Shown here: positions 55,952-62,814 of the stretch, piece after piece | Layout of the letters: the number at the start of each line of letters is the position of its first letter | How positions within the stretch are numbered: the first letter of the stretch is position 1 | NCBI GenBank assembly: GCA_030038395.1 | Contig: JASHOZ010000056.1 | Coordinates: forward strand, 23,607-87,606 | Direction of reading: 5' to 3' | DNA length: 64,000 nucleotides | Origin: Nitrososphaerales archaeon | Lineage (GTDB): Archaea; Thermoproteota; Nitrososphaeria; Nitrososphaerales; Gagatemarchaeaceae | Notes under the pieces: generated by a model | Database searches by the model: none | Seen by the model: the letters and a program-made list of their open reading frames with translations, nothing else | What the model was told of the DNA's origin: nothing | Position numbers and translations under genes: made by a program

Positions 55952-56228
55952 GATGATCAACTTCGAAAGTTTGCAAGCGCTCGGCCTCCCGTGAGTGTCG
56001 TGTAGCCCACGGCGCGCAGAGCTGAGTCGGGCTCCGTAGACCTTGTTTAGACAGGGCATTGAGGTTCGGCCCAGCGAAGGCCCCTGTCTCTGATTGGGGC
56101 GCCTAACCCCAGCCAGTCCCCCCTTCAGAAGAAGGCGCAGCGAGGAATGAGCGGGGAGCTGTGGGGAGTACGAGGCTGCAGCATCAGATGAGCTTCCATT
56201 ATTAACGCGCCAAACTGGGAGGGGTGGC

Positions 56229-56729
56229 GTGACGGGGCGGGCGGGGCACAAGGTGAAGATCGCGAGGGAAGTTCCAATCAGGCTCTATCCGCTGACAGAG
56301 TTCTTCCAGGGCCTTGAGGCTGTCAAAGCCCTCAGAGACCTGTTCGGAGACGAGACCGAAGACGTGCTGGGCAGGACGAAGGTGGAGTTCTACTCCTCGC
56401 GCTGGGGATACATGGGAGTGAACGACGCCGACGGCCACATCCTCATCAGCGCACACCACATGAAGCACAGTCCGCAGAGAACGCTCTATCTCGACATCCT
56501 GCACGAGCTGTTTCACCTGAGGCAGCTGAAGGACGGCAAGAAGCTCTTCCTCGACGAGTTCGACTACTTCGACAGCCCCATTGAGATTGAGGCGTACAAG
56601 TTCACCATCAAGGAAGCGAAGCGGATAGGCATGACTGACAAGGAGATAGTCGACTACCTCGAGGTCCCGTGGGCCGACAAGAAGCAACTGGCGAAGTTCG
56701 TCAAGAAGCTCAAGCTGAAAACGAAATGA
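56229..56729 (+). CDS. small HExxH-motif protein (putative zinc metallopeptidase-like)
   Basis: 166 aa. 'LYLDILHELFHLRQ' holds the only HExxH. Lys-rich C-terminal tail. The long antisense ORF 56202-57011 is judged a shadow. Confidence 0.5.
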   Translation: MTGRAGHKVKIAREVPIRLYPLTEFFQGLEAVKALRDLFGDETEDVLGRTKVEFYSSRWGYMGVNDADGHILISAHHMKHSPQRTLYLDILHELFHLRQLKDGKKLFLDEFDYFDSPIEIEAYKFTIKEAKRIGMTDKEIVDYLEVPWADKKQLAKFVKKLKLKTK

Positions 56730-57068
56730 GCGCGGCGTAAGCGATCCTTCCACCACGACAGCCCGTTTCGAAGGCGAGTCCGCTGACCTCCTACGCTCCC
56801 TCCGAGTCGTCCCGGCCACCGGATCTGTCCCGGCTGGCGACCTTGACTGAGCGACCAATCCTCTGCCAGCGAGATGAGCGACCTGTCGAAGTGCGTCGAT
56901 TTCCGAGCGCTCTTCGAGGTCGTCCAACAAGATAGCAAAGTGCATGACCGGCACGCCGCACACTGCGAACGGGCGTCGCGACACCTCCTCGTACTCCATC
57001 CTCGGACACAAACCAATTCAGTCCCACAACGGATTTATCGTCGGCATAAGGAGAAAGCGCGACTCTGA

Positions 57069-58997
57069 TTGTCAGATGGACAGAGGCGCTTGGCGGCGAT
57101 CATGTTCACCGACATGGTAGGCTACACCGCCCTAGGGCAGAGAAACGAGTCTCTGTCTCTCGCACTGGTGGAAGAGCACCGAAAGCTCGTGAGGCCCATC
57201 CTCGCGAGACACAACGGGAGGGAAGTGAAGACGATGGGAGATGCCTTCCTTGTCGAGTTCCCCAACGCACTAGACGCAGTCAGATGCGCCTACGACATAC
57301 AGAGGGCGGCTAGGGAATTCAACATCTCGCTCCCCGACGAGAGGAGGATACACATGCGGATAGGGGTCCACCTTGGGGATGTCGTAGAGTCGGACGGCGA
57401 CATCTCGGGAGACGCCGTGAACGTCGCTTCGAGAGTGGAGCCTCTAGCCGAGGACGGGGGCGTCTGCATAACGGGGGAGCTCTATGGCCAGGTCAGGAAC
57501 AAGATTGACCTGCGAATGTCGAGCCTTGGAGCGAAGGCGCTCAAGAATGTGGCTTCGCCGGTAGAGGTCTACAAGGTCGAGATGCCATGGGAGAGTCAGG
57601 TGGCGGACGGCGATCTCGACGTCAGGAGGGTGGCCGTCCTCCCGTTCGTCAGCCTGAGCCCCGACCCCAACGACGAGTACTTCGCCGACGGATTGACGGA
57701 AGAGCTCATCGACAGGGTGTGCCAGGTCAAGGAACTTGCGGTCATCGCCAGGACGTCTGTCATGAACTACAAGGGGGCGAAGAAGAACGCGTCACAGATA
57801 GGAAGAGAACTGAGGGCAGGCGCGCTCGTGGAGGGGAGCGTCAGGAAGGCCTCGAACAAGATCAGAGTCACGGCCCAGCTCATAAGGGCTGACACTGAGG
57901 AGCACCTCTGGTCATCGAAGTACGATAGGGACATGGCAGACGTGTTCGAGGTCCAGAGCGACATCGCAGAAAGGGTGGCCGAGGCGCTGAAGGTCCAGCT
58001 TCTCCCAGCGGAGAGGGAGGCGGTGCAGAGGAAGCCCACCGAGAGCGCAGCCGCGTACGCGCTCTATCTCAAGGGGAGATACTATTGGAATGAGAGGACC
58101 GAGGAGGGGCTGAGGAAGGCGGCCGAATACTTCCAGAAGGCGATAGACCTGGACCCCGCGTTCGCCAGGGCGTATTCCGGGCTCGCTGACACTTACTCCA
58201 TCATGAGGTTCCAAGGCTCCGCTCCCGCCCGGGAGTCGGGTGCCAAAGCCAGGGCTCTCGCGGAGAAGGCGCTGGAGATTGACGGCTCGCTCGCGGAGGC
58301 TTGCGCGTCACTGGCTTTCGTACAGGACGATGCTTTCAATTGGGAAGAGTCCGAAAGGCTCTACAGGAAGGCCATCGAGCTCAACCCAAGCTACGCGACG
58401 GGGCACTTCTGGTACAGCATCCTGCTGACGTGGCTCTGGCGGTTCGACGAAGCGGTCGAGGAGGCGAGGCGGGCGGAGGAGCTCGACCCTCTATCCCAAG
58501 CCACCTCCATCGCCCTCGGCCAAGTTCTCGTTTACGCTCGCAGGAACGACGAAGCCATCAGGCACCTTCAGGAAAGGATCAGGGCCGACCCCGGCTTCGC
58601 CTCGCCCCACTTCATACTCGGGGTCGCTTACTTCTACGGCGGAATGTACGAGAAGGCGGTCGAGGAGCTGCGCGTCGCGATCTCCATCGAGGGGCGCAGC
58701 CTCAGCCGTCCCCTGGCGGCCTTGGGGTGGTGTCTTGCCAGGCTGGGGAGGGAACGGGAGGCGAGGGAGACTCTGGAGGAGCTGAAAGGACGGAAGATCT
58801 CAAAGAGCGTCCTTGGGGCACTCTACGTGGAGCTCGGTGAGAGGGAGGAGGCAGTAAGGTGCGTCCAAGAGGCCTTCGAGGCAAGGGAGCCAGGGCTGGG
58901 CTGGATCAGCGGGATGCTCCCCCTGGATGCCCTGCGCTCTGATGCGAGGTTCGTCGCCGTGCTGGAGAGGATGAACCTGCCGACGGGTCGGCTGTAA
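57069..58997 (+). CDS. class III adenylate/guanylate cyclase fused to TolB-N-like and TPR domains (paralogue 2)
   Basis: 'RRLAAIMFTDMVGYTAL', 'KTMGDAFLVEF', 'GDAVNVASRVE', 'VAVLPFVSLSPDPNDEYFADGLTEELI' and TPR repeats. TTG start (MSDGQRRLAAIMFTD). Confidence 0.85.
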   Translation: MSDGQRRLAAIMFTDMVGYTALGQRNESLSLALVEEHRKLVRPILARHNGREVKTMGDAFLVEFPNALDAVRCAYDIQRAAREFNISLPDERRIHMRIGVHLGDVVESDGDISGDAVNVASRVEPLAEDGGVCITGELYGQVRNKIDLRMSSLGAKALKNVASPVEVYKVEMPWESQVADGDLDVRRVAVLPFVSLSPDPNDEYFADGLTEELIDRVCQVKELAVIARTSVMNYKGAKKNASQIGRELRAGALVEGSVRKASNKIRVTAQLIRADTEEHLWSSKYDRDMADVFEVQSDIAERVAEALKVQLLPAEREAVQRKPTESAAAYALYLKGRYYWNERTEEGLRKAAEYFQKAIDLDPAFARAYSGLADTYSIMRFQGSAPARESGAKARALAEKALEIDGSLAEACASLAFVQDDAFNWEESERLYRKAIELNPSYATGHFWYSILLTWLWRFDEAVEEARRAEELDPLSQATSIALGQVLVYARRNDEAIRHLQERIRADPGFASPHFILGVAYFYGGMYEKAVEELRVAISIEGRSLSRPLAALGWCLARLGREREARETLEELKGRKISKSVLGALYVELGEREEAVRCVQEAFEAREPGLGWISGMLPLDALRSDARFVAVLERMNLPTGRL

Positions 58998-59110
58998 GAG
59001 TCGTCCCGGCGCTTCGCGCCACTGAGCTGTGTCTTTTATACGCGGCAAGTCGGACGGTCGAGAACATCGGTGGAGTCGTGTCGGACGCGCAGCCCGGAGT
59101 AGTGACCTAG

Positions 59111-60001
59111 ATGCAGTCTTCGAAGTCATACCTCGTCGTCCCTGCCCGGATGAACAACGGCTCCGTCGAAGCCTGGAGCACCAAACGGCTGCCGCCCGAG
59201 CCGAGAGGAGAGTTCCGGTCGATGCGCGACGAGATCGGCAAGGCCGTGGCCGAGCTCGAGTGCGGGCCTGAGCAGGTCCTACATGGCACCTACATGTCCA
59301 GCGTCAGTGAGAGGCAACCCATCGACACGGAGAACACGCTCTTCTACAACGTCCCGACCAACTGCTTCGCAAAGTCTGCCCGCGTGGGGATTAAGTTCGA
59401 AAGGGTCTTCGCGGCGCCCCCTCTGGCGCCTCATCCCATGGGCTCGCGGGCGCTGCACTACCAGTCATACCGGCTGCTGAACAGGAGGGCCGCCTTCTCC
59501 AGCTGGTCCCTCGCCAACGTCGCGGCCTCCTTCAGCGGGGTCAGGTGTCGCTCGACATCGGTGGAAGCTGTCTGGGAGGCCATGAGAGGAGACCGAGAGC
59601 TCGCAGTGGCCACCGGCAGCCTGGGGAGCTACTTCGGGCTCAGCGTCACTGTCCGACCGCCGGCAGGAACGGCCCCTCTCAACCTCGTGAATCTCCTCAA
59701 ACCTGTTTTCGACGGCGTGGTCTCGTCCTTCCACCAGCACGACGGGACAGACGACGCGGAGCTGGGTCGGCGGGTCGCGGGTAGCTTGGAGAGCGAGCCG
59801 GAGAGGGTTTCACAGCTCCTGGTGGATGGCAGTCAGGCGGTACTTGGGAGTAGGAGGCTTCTCTGGAGAAGAGGCGACGGGGTCCAGTGGGGACCCGCCG
59901 ACGACCGGTGCGTGGCGGGGGAACTTCTTCTCGGAGAAGTGTCGGAGGGCGGATTCTACGAGTTGTCGGGGAAGCTGACGGCCGCAATTGCGACCTCCTA
60001 G
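59111..60001 (+). CDS. hypothetical protein (orphan, host-like GC)
   Basis: 296-aa ORF with balanced composition and no motif I recognise. Confidence 0.5.
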   Translation: MQSSKSYLVVPARMNNGSVEAWSTKRLPPEPRGEFRSMRDEIGKAVAELECGPEQVLHGTYMSSVSERQPIDTENTLFYNVPTNCFAKSARVGIKFERVFAAPPLAPHPMGSRALHYQSYRLLNRRAAFSSWSLANVAASFSGVRCRSTSVEAVWEAMRGDRELAVATGSLGSYFGLSVTVRPPAGTAPLNLVNLLKPVFDGVVSSFHQHDGTDDAELGRRVAGSLESEPERVSQLLVDGSQAVLGSRRLLWRRGDGVQWGPADDRCVAGELLLGEVSEGGFYELSGKLTAAIATS

Positions 60002-60072
60002 GCGTAGAAGCGAATAACTGGACGGGCCGAGTCTAGCTTATTGCTTAAAGTGCGCCTTGACTCGCCCTTGGA

Positions 60073-60456
60073 TTGGTATCTGACTTGGACGACGCCACCG
60101 CTCGGGTAGTTGAGCTGAAGCAAATGGTAAAGCAGTTCAGCGAAGATCGAGACTGGGACCAGTTCCACAGCGCAAAAGAGTTGGCGATCGGCATAGTCAC
60201 CGAGGCCTCCGAATTGCTAGGGGAGTTCAGGTTCAAATCCGATGCAGAGGTGGACGAGCTCCTTGGGAACAAAACCTCCGCCAAGAGAGTCAGAGACGAA
60301 CTCGCCGACATCCTCTACTTCGCGCTCAGACTTGCTCAGAAGTATGACATCGACGTATCGAACTCGCTCGAAGAGAAGATCACCCAGAATGCCGCGAAGT
60401 ATCCAATTGATAGGGCACGAGGCTCAAACAAGAAGTACACCGAACCCAAAGCATGA
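60073..60456 (+). CDS. MazG-like all-alpha nucleoside-triphosphate pyrophosphohydrolase
   Basis: 'FSEDRDWDQFHSAKELAIGIVTEASELLGEF' and 'VRDELADILYFALRLAQKYDID' form the ExxE...ExxD metal-binding helices of the MazG/dCTPase-type family. TTG start. Confidence 0.8.
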   Translation: MVSDLDDATARVVELKQMVKQFSEDRDWDQFHSAKELAIGIVTEASELLGEFRFKSDAEVDELLGNKTSAKRVRDELADILYFALRLAQKYDIDVSNSLEEKITQNAAKYPIDRARGSNKKYTEPKA

Positions 60457-62318
60457 GACTCTATACAGGCTCCTCTGAGCAGTTCATTCAAGACATCCTT
60501 GAGAACAAGCTGGCCGACAAGCTCAGGACGGCATACGAGAGCTACTACTACCGCCTTGCGAGCCCCCAGGAGGTCGTTTCATGGACCAACTCTCTTCAGT
60601 TTGTAAAGAACATCATCGAGTATGCATCCCTAAAGGACAACGTGCTGGTGGTGGAGTACGAGCTTCCCTACTCGAACCGTCGGATTGACTGCCTTCTATT
60701 CGGCAAAGGGGTGGATGCGTCACCCAACGCGGTAATCATGGAACTCAAACAGTGGTCGAAGGTCGAGAATTGTGATCTCGAGAACGAAGTGCTGACTTTC
60801 ACTGGAGGCGCGAACAGACTCGAGGCTCATCCCTCTTTCCAGGCTCAGGGGTACTACTCCTACCTGAAGGACTTCGTCGAGGTCTTCGGGAACAGCACCA
60901 TTAACCTTTCAGCAATCAGCTACTGTCACAACTATTCTCGCGCTTCGGATGCCATGTTCGGCCCCAAATTCCAGTCGATAGTCAAAGACTTCCCTCTGTT
61001 CGCCAAGGAAGATGTACCGGAACTTGCGAAGTACCTGAAGGCACGGCTATCAGCTGGCGACGGCCTAGAGATTCTCAGTAGATTCTCGAGCAGCCCGATA
61101 GGGCCGACAAAGAAGCTTCTCGAGCACACATCGACGATGATTAAGGGGCAAAAAGTATTCAACCTGCTCGAGGACCAGCTGGCAGCGTACTATGCCATCC
61201 TAGACAGAGCGAAGAAAGCCTCCAAGCTGAAACACAAGTGTGTGATTATAGTCCGAGGCGGCCCCGGGACTGGCAAGTCGGTCATAGCTCTGAATGTGAT
61301 TGCCGAACTACTCTCGAAGGGACAGACGGTCTTCCACGCCACAGGGTCAGCTGCGTTCACTAGCACACTCAGGAAGATAGTAGGAACCAGGGCAGCGAGC
61401 ATGTTCAAGTATTTCATCAGCTTCACCAACGTAGAGGAGAACTCAATAGACGTTCTCGTGTGCGACGAAGCCCACAGGATAAGGGCCAAGAGCGTCAGCA
61501 GGTTCACCCCGAAGGCTGAGAGGACGGACAAACCGCAGATTGACGAACTCATCGAAGCCGCCAAGGTTTCGGTCTTCTTCATCGACGACTACCAGGTGGT
61601 CAGGCCGTACGAACATGGAAGCACTGAGATGATTCGCGCCTCTGCAGCGAAGCACTTCGCCGAAGTCTTCGAGTTCGAGCTCAAGACACAGTTCAGGTGC
61701 AGCGGTTCGGGCGGCTATCTCGACTGGCTGGACAATGCGTTGGGCATACGAGAAACCGCGAACATAATGCTGACTAAGAACGAGAAGATGGACTTCCAGA
61801 TATTCGACAGCCCTCACAAGCTTTACGGGGCGATAAGACGGAAGAACGATGAGAAGCCCAACTCCGCCAGAATGGTCGCAGGCTTCTGCTGGCCCTGGAG
61901 CAATCCGAAATCTGACGGAACCCTGGTCGAGGACGTTGTCATCGGAGACTTCCGAATGACTTGGGAGGCAAAGAACGACATGAAGGTGGCTCCGGGTATC
62001 CCTCCGGCGAGACTGTGGGCTTACGACCCGCAAGGAGTGAGCCAGATGGGGAGTATCTACACCATCCAAGGGTTCGAGTTCGACTACGTTGGCGTAGTCT
62101 TTGGCGATGATTTGTCATGGAACCCCGAGTCCAGAACCTGGACCGGGAAACCTCAGAACTCCTCGGACGCTGCGGTGAAGAGGGACAAGGAGAACTTCGT
62201 TCGATACGTCAAAAACGCCTATCGCGTACTACTCACCAGGGGAATGATGGGGTGTTACGTATACTTCGTCAGCAAGGACACTGAAGACTACTTCAGATCT
62301 CTCATCCAGACGAGTTGA
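60453..62318 (+). CDS. DUF2075-type protein: N-terminal PD-(D/E)xK-like module plus Schlafen/SF1-like P-loop helicase core
   Basis: 'RRIDCLLFG...AVIMELKQW' (D...ExK), Walker A 'GGPGTGKS', 'VLVCDEAHRI' and C-terminal 'YRVLLTRGMMGCYVYF'. The ATG overlaps the MazG stop (ATGA at 60453-60456). Confidence 0.8.
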   Translation: MRLYTGSSEQFIQDILENKLADKLRTAYESYYYRLASPQEVVSWTNSLQFVKNIIEYASLKDNVLVVEYELPYSNRRIDCLLFGKGVDASPNAVIMELKQWSKVENCDLENEVLTFTGGANRLEAHPSFQAQGYYSYLKDFVEVFGNSTINLSAISYCHNYSRASDAMFGPKFQSIVKDFPLFAKEDVPELAKYLKARLSAGDGLEILSRFSSSPIGPTKKLLEHTSTMIKGQKVFNLLEDQLAAYYAILDRAKKASKLKHKCVIIVRGGPGTGKSVIALNVIAELLSKGQTVFHATGSAAFTSTLRKIVGTRAASMFKYFISFTNVEENSIDVLVCDEAHRIRAKSVSRFTPKAERTDKPQIDELIEAAKVSVFFIDDYQVVRPYEHGSTEMIRASAAKHFAEVFEFELKTQFRCSGSGGYLDWLDNALGIRETANIMLTKNEKMDFQIFDSPHKLYGAIRRKNDEKPNSARMVAGFCWPWSNPKSDGTLVEDVVIGDFRMTWEAKNDMKVAPGIPPARLWAYDPQGVSQMGSIYTIQGFEFDYVGVVFGDDLSWNPESRTWTGKPQNSSDAAVKRDKENFVRYVKNAYRVLLTRGMMGCYVYFVSKDTEDYFRSLIQTS

Positions 62319-62569
62319 GCTCTGATGCCGCAAGTCTGAAACTCAGAAATCCTACTTCAGTCACCGAGAGTTCTATGCAATCAGATGGACAGTCGACACA
62401 TCGCAATTGTGACAGTTTCTGGTCGAAGAAGTATCTGCGGTGTTCGACAGTAATCACAGGCAACCTCTTTGGAGATGTCATGTCTGGATACATCATGACA
62501 CTACTTAGCACCCAGCCATCTTGCGAGGCTTTTCGCAAGAGAAGCACTCGGCTTGAACCAGAGACTGAG

Positions 62570-62712
62570 TGCCGCGGGTCGGATTTGAGCCGACGACACT
62601 CCGGTCTTTAGCCCGACTTGCGCAGTCGATCAGCCGGATGAAGGAGACAGAACACCAGTTGGTGGATTCCGTTCTCTCCATAGCCCATATCGACAGGCTG
62701 AGCTACCGCGGC
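62570..62712 (-). tRNA. tRNA-like gene, candidate tRNA-Ile(GAU) carrying at least two insertions (143 nt), or a pseudo-tRNA
   Basis: Perfect 7-bp acceptor GCCGCGG/CCGCGGC with discriminator A, and 'TA GCTC AGCCTG' as the D-arm start. Anticodon stem TCCGG/CCGGA encloses CTGAT + ~22 nt. Variable loop GTGTC, T-arm GTCGG-CTCAAAT-CCGAC. I could not fold the D-arm 3' strand, and the T-loop starts with C instead of T. Confidence 0.5.
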
Positions 62713-62814
62713 ACGGTTCGCGACGACCTCTTCGCGCTGACTTAAGACTTTGCGCCATCGCAGAGGTTGCACGGCAACGGATTTATCGAAGAGAGAGCCG
62801 GCCAAGAGTCAATC

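Noticed and set aside
55953-56010. C-box-like TGATGA, suggesting a C/D-box sRNA
   Set aside because: No CTGA D' or D box at the required ~12-nt guide spacing, and no second C' box.
56202-57011. 269-aa minus-strand ORF overlapping the HExxH gene
   Set aside because: The composition is Arg/Leu/Val-biased with no motif. The plus-strand 166-aa ORF has a more natural composition and an HExxH motif. This call is less certain than the other shadow rejections.
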